Source: Chromera velia (Eukaryota). From it: a stretch of DNA of 55,092 nt. The notes under the pieces are model-generated. The model saw only the letters and a program-made list of their open reading frames with translations, searched no databases and was not told the DNA's origin. Shown piece after piece: positions 1-12,017 of this stretch; positions within the stretch are counted from its first letter, which is position 1; each line of letters starts with the position of its first letter. The position numbers were made by a program, and so were the translations under genes. The stretch lies in contig JAHBMJ010000145.1 in NCBI GenBank assembly GCA_018398765.1, positions 1-55,092 on the forward strand, written 5' to 3'.

Positions 1-178
1 CCCCCCAGCTGTCTCCTCCACCGCAATTAATTTCTTCTGCCCGTCTCTCCCTCCACTCACTGCCAGTGGGGCCGGGCCGTCTCTCATCACCTCCATTTCC
101 CTCCACCCACCCACCCACACTGCCCAAGGTTCCCCCACATGCATGCCACCTCGATCCTCTCTCCCTCCCTCCCTTCAA

Positions 179-460
179 TCAACACCTTCCTGCTCCTCCG
201 ACTTGTGGAAGCATCGCATCTAGAACGTCCCCATCGTCTAGCCCGATTTCATTCGGCGTTTGCTCCTTGCCGACTGCCTCTCCATCAAACATAAATCGGA
301 CTGCATCGATGTTCTGTCCCAGACGCGTGCAGTAGGCGTTCATGAGCTTTTCCAATCGGGTCGTCTTCTTGATTCTGAAGTGGATTTCTTGTCCGTCGGT
401 GGCACGAACCTTCAGGTTCAGGTGCTCTCCTCCGGCTTCCTGCATGGGCTCAGCAGCCAT
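179..460 (-). CDS. SUMO: Small ubiquitin-like modifier precursor (93 aa, single exon)
   Basis: LNLKVRATDGQEIHFRIKKTTRLEKLMNAYC...VRFMFDG...EQTPNEIGLDDGDVLDAMLPQVGG, with the di-glycine followed by a short AGRC tail; classic SUMO/Smt3 pattern. Confidence 0.97.
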   Translation of the reverse strand: MAAEPMQEAGGEHLNLKVRATDGQEIHFRIKKTTRLEKLMNAYCTRLGQNIDAVRFMFDGEAVGKEQTPNEIGLDDGDVLDAMLPQVGGAGRC

Positions 461-1121
461 TTTTGAGTTCGAACTGGAATGCTGTCTCCGCGGCTTGGTT
501 TAAAGAAAAAGCGCTTAAAACGCAACTTGAGGTGCCCACACCTCTCACTGCGGCTATCGCACTCACGGAAAACTTTGCAATCTGTCGGTGTGACTGGAAG
601 GCCGGCAAGGTCTCCTTTCTTGTACGTTGCCGAAGGGAAATCTGTCCCCATGGCGAGAATTTTGCGGACGTTCGTGCAAGCGTCTCTCCTCGGAGGGTAA
701 AACATGCAGAATTAAACGAACGAATGTCCGCGATTTTCAGTTTGAAAATGACAAGCAAAAATCAGGGGAAAAGCTCCAGACTCAAGATTCGTTCGAAGAA
801 TTTCGGTCATAATTTGAAGAATAATTGCGCGTGAGCCGATCGAAGGCAAATTGACATTTTTCAGCGTGCGCTGCCCCCGGAAAGCGAAAATAAAGGGTTT
901 GAGAATATGTTTGAGATGCGTGAAGCGATGCTTGTGGGGCACGGAAAGTTGACATGGAGTGCATGCAGTCACTCAGACTGTCACTGTGTTTGAAAGCAGG
1001 AAAGCAGCTTTACAGCATTCAGGGCGCTGGAGTTGACCCTCCAAAGGCTGCACCTCGCTTCCAGTTGTTCCACGTGTAACGCTTTCCATCAAGTTTTGAA
1101 AAGACAGTCAATGAGTGCACA

Positions 1122-2356
1122 ATGTCAGTGACTGGAACCCTCAGCCGGACCAATTCGGCCTCCGTGCTGCCTGCACGTTCCCCCGTCCCGGGCACCACCA
1201 GACCTCCGACTCCCCTGAAGGAGTTGCGCTGCGCCCCCTCTCTTGAAGAGTTGAAGACAAAACCTGTAAGGGTGGGACTGAAGGATCGTTCCTGTTTGAC
1301 CTTGCTGGACTACACTAGAGAAGAAATTTCGTTCCTTCTCGAACTGGCAGAGGCTCTGAAGTTTAGGAGAAAGGTCAGACGTTCTGACCAGATTGAGAAT
1401 CCTCTCCTTCGAAGCAAAAACGTCGCGCTGATTTTCGAGAAGGACTCCACACGCACTCGCTGTGCCTTCGAGGTTGCATGTTACGATGAAGGAGCGAAAG
1501 TAACAAATCTGAACAGTGCGAGCTCGCACATAGGGAAGAAGGAGTCTGTGGAAGATACGGGAAAGACTCTGGGGAGGATGTTCGACGGATTGCAATATAG
1601 AGGAAAGATGCAAGAAACCGTCCAGACACTCGCAAAGGTAGCAGGAGTGCCCGTATTCAACGGTCTGACTGACTGGTACCACCCCACCCAGGCGCTCGCC
1701 GACCTCCTCACTATTCGGGAAATGAGCAGACAGCCATTCGAGAAGACGAGGGTGTGTTTTGTAGGGGATGTGCGCAACAATGTCTCCTTCTCTCTGGCGG
1801 CTGCCTGTGCAAAGTTGGGACTGAAGTTTGTGGGCGTGGGCCCGCTAGAGTACCAATTTACTGCAGACCAGATGGCGACTCTCCGTGCAGTCTGTGCGAA
1901 GAGCAAGGGCGGGAGCGTGTCCCAGACCTCAGACCTGGAGGGAGTCAGGGGGGCCACTGTGGTGTACACGGATGTGTGGGTGTCCATGGGAGATGAGACA
2001 GAGACGGAGGAACGCATCAAGGCGCTGCTGCCCTACAAGGTCCGTCAATCGGGTGGTTCGCTCGATCATCGGTTGAATGAAGGTTTTGTGAGACGGGTGA
2101 TTTGAGGGAACGGTGTGTTGACTCTTCCTTTGCGCTTCTTCTGGTAGGACAACACAGAGAAGGTACACACATTTTCAGATTCATTACGTAAAGCTAGACT
2201 GGTGTGTCTGGCAATCTGAAAGCGAAGGGCAATATAGATTGCCTTTATTTCGTTCTGCATGCCTGCATGTCGGTCAGTCTGTCTTTCTCAGTTTCTGTCT
2301 TCGTGTCTGCTTGTTTACCTTGCCGTGGGCGTGCATTCTCTCTGTCTGTCTGTCTG

Positions 2357-2427
<71 letters not shown>

Positions 2428-2495
2428 GTCTGAGAAGAAGAAACATATAGTCTGTCTGTCTGTCTGTCTGTCTGTCTGGCTGGCTGGCTGGCTGG

Positions 2496-2545
<50 letters not shown>

Positions 2546-3067
2546 GTAATTTTGTCTGTTCCTTGATCAGTAAGCGTTTGCTCTTTGTCAATGATAGGTT
2601 TGACTACCTTCGCTTCTTTTAACTTTTTGGTGTGGTGAGACGACAGCATGCAGTGTCTTGCGTCTAAATGCCCTTGCTTTACAACCTCTAGTACGGTGCG
2701 AAATAAGTGCAAATCACACACGGGTAAGGACGCTGCTTTTGCAACACTGCGCTGGTTAGAAACTGTTTTTGAACTCTGTTTTCTTTTCTTTTCTCTTCTC
2801 TGCCTGAATGCTTCATTCGATCAGGTGGACCGTTCTCTGATGGACATGACGGGGAACGACCGCTGTCTGTTCATGCACTGTCTCCCTTCCTTCCACGACC
2901 TGAACACGGCAACGGCGCTGTCTGTATTCGACAGCACGGGGCTGAGGGAACTCGAGGTGTCGGACGAGGTGTTCAGGTCCCCCCAGTCGGTCGTGTTCGA
3001 CCAGGCAGAGAACAGACTCCACACGATCAAGGCGCTGATGGTGGCCTCCCTTTCAGATGAGTTCTGA
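1122..3067 (+). CDS. OTC: Ornithine carbamoyltransferase; exons 1122-2039 and 2825-3067
   Basis: Motifs FEKDSTRTR, HPTQ and DVWVSMG in exon 1; FMHCLPSFHD and FDQAENRLHTIKA in exon 2. Phase-0 GT(2040)...AG(2824) intron containing (GTCT)n joins PYK|VDR in frame. Confidence 0.95.
2339..2545. repeat. (GTCT)n/(GGCT)n intronic microsatellite
   Basis: Directly visible tetranucleotide runs inside the OTC intron. Confidence 0.95.
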
Positions 3068-3770
3068 TGGACTTAGAAGGAAAGCAAGCGAAGTGACTAA
3101 ACTCTTTGCGTGCTGATTGTCTCCCAACGGTCGATTGATGGAACGGCGGGGGGAATTAAAGGAGACGCGTGCACTGAACGGAAAGCCGGGAAGGGAGCAA
3201 AGAGAGAGTGAGAAGGAAAGGGTGAGTGACATTGGGGGGGGCAAGGAAGGGAATGGGAAAGATGTTTTATGTTGAGGTGGTCCAGGCCTCACAGAATAAA
3301 AAGAAGTTGATTGATTCCACTTGATTTGGATCGATACCAAGCTTGAATCATGTTATTGCCTTAATTCCTTCATGTGACTTTGTTTGTTGGGGTGTCTAGG
3401 TCCGCTTAATTCGTTGTCTTCAGATGCACCGACGAAGACACAGCCTTCGTTTCCCTTTTTTCCCTCTCTCTCTCGCTTTCTTTCTCTCTTTTTCTCTCTC
3501 TCTCTCTCTTCCTTAAAACGGCAGGAAGGAGACTCAACTGTTTGTCCGTGAATGAAGACCGAGAGAGAAGTTCATGCATGACGAAGTGAGTGAGAGAGTA
3601 CAACCGAATATTGGGAGTCCACAAACAAAGTCGGCGGTCCCATATAACAACGTGATTTACTTCCAAACAAAGAAAGAGAAATCATGAAACAAAACGATGC
3701 GCAGATACGTCCTTCAGTCGGTCGGAAGGTCGGTCGGTCGGTCAACCCTCTTCTTTCCTTTTCTTCCTCG

Positions 3771-3806
<36 letters not shown>

Positions 3807-3818
3807 CGCTTCATTTCT

Positions 3819-3851
<33 letters not shown>

Positions 3852-4207
3852 TTTCTCTGCACGGCTGCACGGGCAGGCTCCTCAATTAAGTTCTACGAGT
3901 TACGACGGTTGACGGATCGCCACAAGGCCCCACCTACCTACCTACCTACCCACTTGCATGAACTTTTTTGAATTCTCTCTCGGAATGATTAATTGTTTTC
4001 TTCGGTGACCGACTGCATCACTGATGATTGACCTGCTTCCTGTAGTACTCTCCCTCCCTCCGTCTAGCCCTCCGCCCATGCGTCCATCCCTCATGCACCC
4101 CGCATAATCGCTCTCTAGGGGACGAGTTTGACAGAGGAAAGAGCCACTCACCATGCACAGATGGATGCAAGTGATCGAATCGCAAGGAGCGTTTCGTGTC
4201 CACTCAC

Positions 4208-4430
4208 AGTACGGATGTTACTCAGATGCGTCTGCCAGTGACAGTGCACTGAGTCCTTCTTCTCTCTTCTTCAAACCGCCTTTGAAGACCTCCACCGATG
4301 TCGCTGCAGAACTCCCGAATGGGTCAGTCATTGGGTCTCCATGCAACCCCTTAATTCTCTCAATCTGTATAAGCTTGGCTGTCAGTGCGTTCGCGAGCCT
4401 TCATTCATGCTCCTTGAAGGGAGTTCGGGA
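4208..4430 (-). pseudogene. Putative decayed exon of an unknown gene
   Basis: One frame reads PFKEHE*RLANALTAKLIQIERIKGLHGDPMTDPFGSSAATSVEVFKGGLKKREEGLSALSLADASE*HPY, followed by a GTGAGT donor. In-frame TGA (4401-4403) and TAA (4218-4220). Intron-like microsatellites lie downstream (about 3450-3950). Confidence 0.35.
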
Positions 4431-4559
4431 CGGGAAAAAGAGAACGAACTCGATTGGTATTTTAAAGGCAAATTAGGCAATTGAGATCAGCAGTGTACGT
4501 ACGCCGCTGAACGGCAGTCTGAACACCGATCAGGTTAAGAGTCTTAGGTTAATCAAAAA

Positions 4560-5040
4560 CCCAATGCGGGGTCTAGGACCCTAGGTTGATAATTCATGTA
4601 ACAAAGAGAGACCATATATGTAATAAACTTTGAACACTTGCTTAATTCCTGATAATCTCTAAAAGACTTTTTTTATAATTAATGTAAGTATATCTAAGTT
4701 ATCGTTAGTTGGTTAGTTAGTTACTTAGTTATAGTTAGCTAGATAGCTAGTTAGTTAGTTAGTTAGTTAATTAATTAGTTAGTTAATTAGTTAGTTAGTT
4801 AGTTAATTAGTCATTTACTCAAAGTTGGAGGAGGCTGTTTCACCTAGTTTTTTACTTCTAAACTCTGAAAAAAACATATATATGTGCATTACTATGCGCA
4901 CCAGTGTATGTATTCTATTATGTATTAGTTCTAACAAGGTCATATGGCCTAGCATATAGCCCGGCACTGACAGACTCTATAAAACGTGCACTATAATTCA
5001 TTATGTTTTAAATAAAAAGTTTTAAACCGCTGTCTTTATA
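4560..5040. other. AT-rich, TpA-rich intergenic block containing (GTTA)n at about 4700-4810
   Basis: Abrupt drop in GC with many TAG/TAA/CTAG words; lies between the convergent OTC and histidine kinase 3' ends. Confidence 0.8.
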
Positions 5041-5577
5041 CAGTCGCAGCAAACCCGCAGAAAAGAATCACGTTGCGCCGTCTACAGGGATTCGATCCAT
5101 CACCAAACGTACTTAGCGTCGTGGCATTGAAACGGTGGCAAGCTAGGTGGCAAGCGATCTAGGGGCGACCAAGCAAACTCGATCGACTTCAGTTCAAATG
5201 CATGAGCTCCTTGTCCTGTCCTGATGCGCACTTTCCGCTAGACTTTCCGCCGCTCGAATCTTGCAAAGTAGATCGAACCCTCGATCCAAAGATTGTCTCT
5301 TTCCTTCGATCTCCTCCTTCCTCTCTCATACACTTGCGCGGTGTGTGTATGTGTGTGTGTGTGTGACATCTACGTGCATGGGTCTGCTCATTGACCCACC
5401 CTTTTGTCGAGTTGAGTTTGGGCACATGCTCCACTGGGTTGATAAAATTTATCCATCCTGCTTTTCCTTTCGCCTTCAAAGTGACCACGAGGAATTTATA
5501 TAAATGACACAAATCAGACTCTTGAGAGAATAAAAAATGTAGTGAGCAAGGCGCCGCACGCAACTGATAAAGTCGGG

Positions 5578-8020
5578 TTATGTCTGTGTTGCTCCCCCAG
5601 CTTTATTTCTCCCTCGATTGAAAAGCACATGCGCCGCCAGGAGACGCAGCTGTTCCGCGAGACTGGGGGGGTATAGCGGTTTCTCTAAAATTTCGTCCAT
5701 AACTGTGTCGGCTTCGGGGTGTCTCTCAAGAATACCTGAGCGAAGCTGAGCGGACAGCAAGCAGAGCCGAAGCACACACGCTTCATCGGGAGGGGGTGCA
5801 AGTCGCACCGCCCATTGAACACTGGCCCGTTTAGACCCCGTTTGAGAAGGGTGCAAACTTTTGCCGTTCGGGCCCCCCGATTTGTCGTCTGATAATTGCG
5901 AGCCGCCACAAAAGAAATTGGATGCATCTCCTTTGGACGCGTGAGAATTCGTGCACGCTCTCAAAATGCCGTGAGCACTTTCTGGCGGCGCTGAGGCGGT
6001 TGACCTCTCGCGCTTGTCTTTCCGTTTCAGCCTTTCTCCCTCGTGTTGGACGCTTTTGGGACTCGGGGGGGAATCTAATTGGGAGTTCGAGCGCCACAAC
6101 GCATCTTTTAGAGGGATCGGTTTTTGGGAATCTAATTGGGAGTTCGAGCGCCACAACGCATCTTTTAGAGGGATCGGTTTTCCCCCATGATCTGTTATGA
6201 GAGGCTCCGTCAGGCCCATCTCTTGGTCGTTCTTGCAGGCAAGCGGGTCAGGGAAAGGACCCACTACTGCTCCGACCTCTTTGACCACGTCCTTCACTTT
6301 CCGCGTCAGTGCCAGACCGCTCATATCTCCCATCTGCATGTCTGTCAACATAAGCACTGACCCCACGCCTTCAACAGCTGGGGTAGTCTGTCCCTGAGGG
6401 AGGGGGCCTCCTACTAGAGACAAAATCTGGGGGGGGACCTCTTGTGGGTCCTCAAAGGAGAGTGTGCGGTCCGGCGGGAAGCCTACTTTCTTCACAATGT
6501 CCTGTAGAACACGCCTGCAGTTCCAGCAGTATTCAGTCAATATCGCTGCGCATTTGTCACTCGATTATCCAAACCTCAGAAAGAGAGAGAGGGGAGGGGC
6601 AGAGTACGAGAAGCAGCAGGTGATCAGTCGGAGACACGTGAAAACGAATTACCATCTGTATGATGAAACACAATGCCAAAGCATCAAAGAGAACTGGGAT
6701 GGATGGATGGATGGATGGATGGTCATGTAACTGGTCAAACAAGAGTCAAAAAATGACTCACAGCATCATTGGTTGGTCGTCTACTAAGATGAGCACTGTT
6801 CCCGTCTCCTGCAGGAGCACATCAGTTCGGCGTGTCGAATGAGGAGAGTCAGAAAGGCCCACGCGCATTACCATCTCCATCCATGCACCCGTCAGTCTCA
6901 TGTCCATGGCTGCTTGACAGTCTCATGTCATTCTCTCTGACGCTGGCGCGTGTATTTGTTTTGAGAGAATTAACCAATAACTTAATCGTTCGTCCGTTTG
7001 TTCGCGCGTTGGTTGGAGACCTGACAGGACACGCGAAAGAAACCCTCCCATGTTCTTCATGCATCTCTAGCAGACTCTACACATTGCACGTTCAGATCCC
7101 CGCACAGACACACAGGGAGACAGACAGACAGACAGACAGTTTCTTCTTCTCCGTTATTTTGTTCATGATAGACAGACAGACAGACAAACAGGGAGGCAGG
7201 CAGGCAGGCCGGCAGGCAGGCAGACTAACAGACAGACAGACAGACAAAGAGACAGACAAAGAGACAGACAAAGAGACGGACAGGGAGGCAAAGAGATAGA
7301 CAGCCAGACAGACCGACAGACAGACAGACAGAAAGACAGAGACAGACAGACAGACAGACAGAAAGACAGAGACAGACAGACCTGTACCAGTAGTGCCGAG
7401 AGAGTCTCCACAGGCATCCCCTCGAGCTCTGCCCACAAAATGTCAGGCCGCCCCGCCTCTGCTTGCCTCTTCAGACCTTCCCACACACAGCGCTTCACCG
7501 AAACATCAGAGAGCCCGTTCCCGTTCTCCCCCCCCGACTTGCTCTTCATTCCCTTCATCTTCCCCCCAACTCCAGAGAAGAGGCCGGGCCCGCTTGGCGT
7601 GCGTCGTTGCGGCACCGCTTGGCGGCTCTTTAAAGTTGGGAATCCGTCAGCAGAAGAAACCTGACGCATGAGGAAAGCAAAAAGGGAAGTAAGCCAGAGA
7701 GTGCAAAAGTAGGCGAGTGAGGAGGGAGGATTGCAAGCAGTGGGGGAAGCGAAGGCCTCAAAGGAGAGAAGGACGGCCAGATGAAGAAAGACACGTCAAA
7801 TGAATGATTTCAGATCCACTCGGACGATGGCTATCTGTCAAAGAGGTATGTGGAACATGGGGCAACCATGAGGGCAACATTTGACTTCATCTTGTCTCAA
7901 TTTGTCTGTGGAGCCCCTCCGTCCTCCCTGTGTGTGGTTGCGAGTATAAGGGCATGTCTGTCTTCTTCTTCGTTGTCTTCCATACCAGTTTTCTTTCTGT
8001 CTGTCTGTCTGTCTGTCTGC

Positions 8021-8067
<47 letters not shown>

Positions 8068-11000
8068 CCTTTCTGTCTGTCTGCCTGTCTGTCTGCCTGT
8101 CTGTCTGTCTGTCTGTCTGCCTGCCTGTCTTTCTTTCTTTCTTTCTTTCTTTCTTCCCCTTCTTTCTTTCCTCCTTGCGTCCTCCTTCCCGTCCTTCTTT
8201 CAACCTTCGTTTCCTTCCTTCCGACCTACCTGGTCGACTGATAGCGACTTCTCGCGTCGACCCGGACCTAGGCGCATACGCTGCACATGCAAGGACCAGC
8301 AGACGAATCAGGATGCAGTTGTGTGTGGGCTGACAGCTTTTTTGAGCTCCTGTGGTGTTCGTCACCTTGTGCATGGAGAGAATCGGAACGACAGAAGAAA
8401 AGAGAATGGGGAAAGGATAGAGGAACGAAGAGAAAGACCCAAAAGGACATGCTGCATTAGGACACGACACCCTGACACCACTCCCCACCACCCCACCATC
8501 GATCAGTCAAAGACAGAGAGAGAGAGAGACCAACCCACCTTCAAGCTGAACGGATTCGACTCTCCCCCCTTGCCGCTCATGCTATTCATGAAGGAGTGGT
8601 TGAAAGATCTCTCCAGATGATTCGGCATGGCAAGACTGTCGTCAGTTCCTGCCCCCACAGACTCCTCATCCTCCTGCCCGCCCAAAGACCCTCCTCGAGG
8701 GACCAGCGTCCGCACAACGAAGGAGAGATTCAGGCAAGTGCCCACACCTTCCTCAGAAGAAATCTGCATGAGCTCAGACACGTAATTAGAAACTGGAGTG
8801 AGACAGATCTATCGACAGACAGGAATGCTCCTCAGAATCACACAATGATGCATGCATGCAACGCTCTCTCTGGCATGGACAAGCACGAAGCCGAAAGGAG
8901 GCAAGAAGAAAGGATCAGCGAAAGAATCGAGGAGCACACCAACGACGGCCATATTGAAGCACTCTCTCCAGAAGCGTACTGACGGATGGACTTGTCAGCA
9001 TGCAATTGGCTCCTATCATATGCATGCGCAGGTATAGACATCTGACTGAGACCAGTCACTCGATCTGCATATACTCTCCCTCTTTACACCAGCATTGTGT
9101 CCGCTTTCAACCTCACTTGCTGACTGACTGACGTGTGCAGAGCCTCCCATCGCAGTCAGAATGGCCTTCACAATCGAGAGACCCAGGCCCGAACCGACGG
9201 CCGCGTCCTGTGCTTTCACCTGTGCGTACTCACTCCAGATGTCCCTGCAGGAGAGAGGGCATGCAGTCGAAACACCTACATATATGTATATACATAGTAT
9301 GTGTGTCCCACCGCAGGGATCATACTGACAATCCAAAACTCTTTCGGACAGTCAGTATATGTATGAAAGCGCTCCAAACGGTGAGTAAACGGGGCAGAAA
9401 AAGAAAAAGCACTGCTGAATTGTCGCAATGAATCCAATTCAGCCGATCGTCGCACGCACTTCATTTTGTCTTCAGGGATTCCCCTTCCTGTGTCTCGGAT
9501 CTCTATTTGGAATCTCCTCAAGCTACCGCACTGCAGCCCTGCAGAGAGGATAATGCTCTCTGCCTCCTGCTTCCCCAGAGGGTCGGTCACAACAGAGATT
9601 CCCATAGAGTCTCCAGAAGGGTCGCTCAGAAGCTCTCCCTCAGACAGACGCACTGTGACCTTTCCTCCTGACTTCGTGTACTGCAAACACGCCGCACAGA
9701 GACAGGCAACCGGATGCACAAGTGAATGAGGAATCACTTCCATTGCTACAGATAGACGTTTTTGTGACCATCAATGAATTCCACTAAAATTGCTCAGCAT
9801 TCCTGTTATTCGGACGGGGGCCGGCCGGTGTGTGTAAATGCAGACGAAGTGGCAGCAAACGATCGAAAAAAATGCGCACCCAAACCGACACCTTCAGATT
9901 CCTACAGAAGGGTGCAGAAGAACACATAGCAAAGATTCGAGCGCCAAAAGAGGCGGATTATTTTTGGGAAATTATAGACATTCAAGAAATCCGGTAAGAT
10001 TGTGAGCCAGCATAGCCTGAAGAAGATTTGGAGAGAAGCGAAGAGCACAACAAAGAGAAGAAAAAACCACACAATCAAACAGAACAGAAGCACTCACAGA
10101 CAGACCTTCACCCCATTTGACACTCCGTTGCTGCAAAGAGGGGCCGGCACAAAACAGATGGAAGCAGAAAATCATACAAGTTGCAAGACACAGATGGGAA
10201 CACCAGAGGAAAAGAGGATGTAGAAAAAGTGTAAGAGAACGTCAGAAAAGAAAAAATGTATGGCCGTAGAACCGAAGTCCGTTGAACTGAGAAGGATCCT
10301 GGGAGAGAAAGAAGAAGAAAACCTCGATATCGAGAAAGCAAGAGAAGAAAGCCGATCGAATATGAGTGACATTCCTTCTTTCCTTCCTTCCAGGCACGCA
10401 CTTCATGAAACGTAATCATGCTGGACGGACTACCTGCATGCCGGGTCCACTTACTCACTCACTCACTGACTGTACAGTACCCCTATACTTACTCACACAC
10501 TGGAAGACTGACTGACGCTGCGGCCTGCACGCCCGTGTGCATGCATGCATGAAAGAATGTGCAGAAGGCAGGGAGGGGAGGAAGAGCATGAGAGGCAAGG
10601 CAGACATGGCACACAGAAACGGTTGACTTATCGATCAGGAAAGCCGTCGAAGCGACGTCTCGTGTGATCGGGAGGATGGGCAGCAGCTCAGACATGGCCT
10701 CTATAGATGTACAAAGAAAGAGAAAGGGAGAGAGAGAGAGAGTCAGTCACAGAAAGAAAAATTAAGTGGAAACTCTTCGCAGGAGCCAGGTGCATGGAGT
10801 ATTTCCCTCGATGAAGAAATCTCACCACACGCTTCTCTCTTCAAATGTCCCTCCTGAGAAAGTTGGGCGAGAGACAGAAATGTGCTGTGGTCAAATCGCC
10901 CCCTGACCTACCTGAAGTAAACGCGTCTCATCAAACCAGGCCATCTCGCCCCCCTCCTTTGACGACTCATCTCTGCTGTCCACCACCTCCACCTCCACGC

Positions 11001-11968
11001 CCTTCACAGAACCCGCGGGTGTCATCATCACACCAACAGACTGCATGCATCCACCATAGAGGGAACAAATGACACCAAGAAAAAAATGAGCTGTATGGAA
11101 TTGTTTTGCCTCTCCTCTTTTGTGTTCGTTTCATTGAACGCTTAATGGCGCGATCAGAAGTCACATCTGCTCTTGCTTTTCCAGGACTCGTGCAGACCTC
11201 TCTAACAGACCGTCAAATACACACGGAAGATTGAAGCAGACGATCATGGCATCTCTACAGTGTGCGTGCATGCATGCATGCCCGACATTACATTTATAGA
11301 ATGACCAAGACAATCAATCCCAGACTGACTGACTGACCTCCAGGCACCGAAGGATGGATCCGATACCGCACGCAAGTTGGACAGCCCCATCTTCCCCTCC
11401 AGTGCCGCCGTCTTCGGTGGAGGCAGAGAACTTCAGCCGAGCCACTTCCAGAAGGTTCATCGCCAGGCTCTGCATGCACAGAGAGAGAGGCATACGTGGC
11501 CGCATGACGAAAAAATAAACACCCAGAGTCTGTCAGGAAGGAAAGCACTTTTTCAACAGCCCACAAGTACGCGAAGTGCGTCTTTCAAGTCAGTGGCACC
11601 CACAAGAAAAACGAAGCGACTCAGAGAGTCTGCTTGTAAAGCCGCAAAGTGGAGAATCAAGGAGAAGTGAAAAGGCTGGTGAGTGCTCTCCCATCTAGAA
11701 TCAATCCTTGCAATACGATTTCCTCAGCGCAATCCAGCATCGTGCTGTCTGGAAGGATACGAAAGATAAGAAAACGTGCAGTGACTAGGCAAGCTGGGAG
11801 TAGAGCAACCGAAAGCCAAAGCACATGAAAAAAATTCCCGGACACCGTTGCAGCCTCCCTGTTCGCATTCTTCGTTGTTGTACCGACCTGCATATAGACT
11901 GTGGAGGCGAGGCCTGTCTGGATCATCGGCTGAAGGGGAGGAGGGTACTAGGTGCACATCGGGAAGGG

Positions 11969-12017
<49 letters not shown>

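Noticed and set aside
2040..2105. C-terminus of the 327-aa OTC ORF
   Set aside because: Read-through into the intron; the HCLP-containing end is in exon 2.
2204..2721. ORFs of SVCL/QTDR/HTHT/ERER type here and throughout the window
   Set aside because: They are translations of intronic microsatellites, not proteins.
5075..5170. GGATCGAATCC on the minus strand resembling a tRNA T-loop/B-box
   Set aside because: I could not build a cloverleaf or find a convincing A-box; at most a SINE-like relic.
7113..8160. Strand bias of intronic (GTCT)n relative to transcription
   Set aside because: Both orientations occur in neighbouring introns of the same gene.
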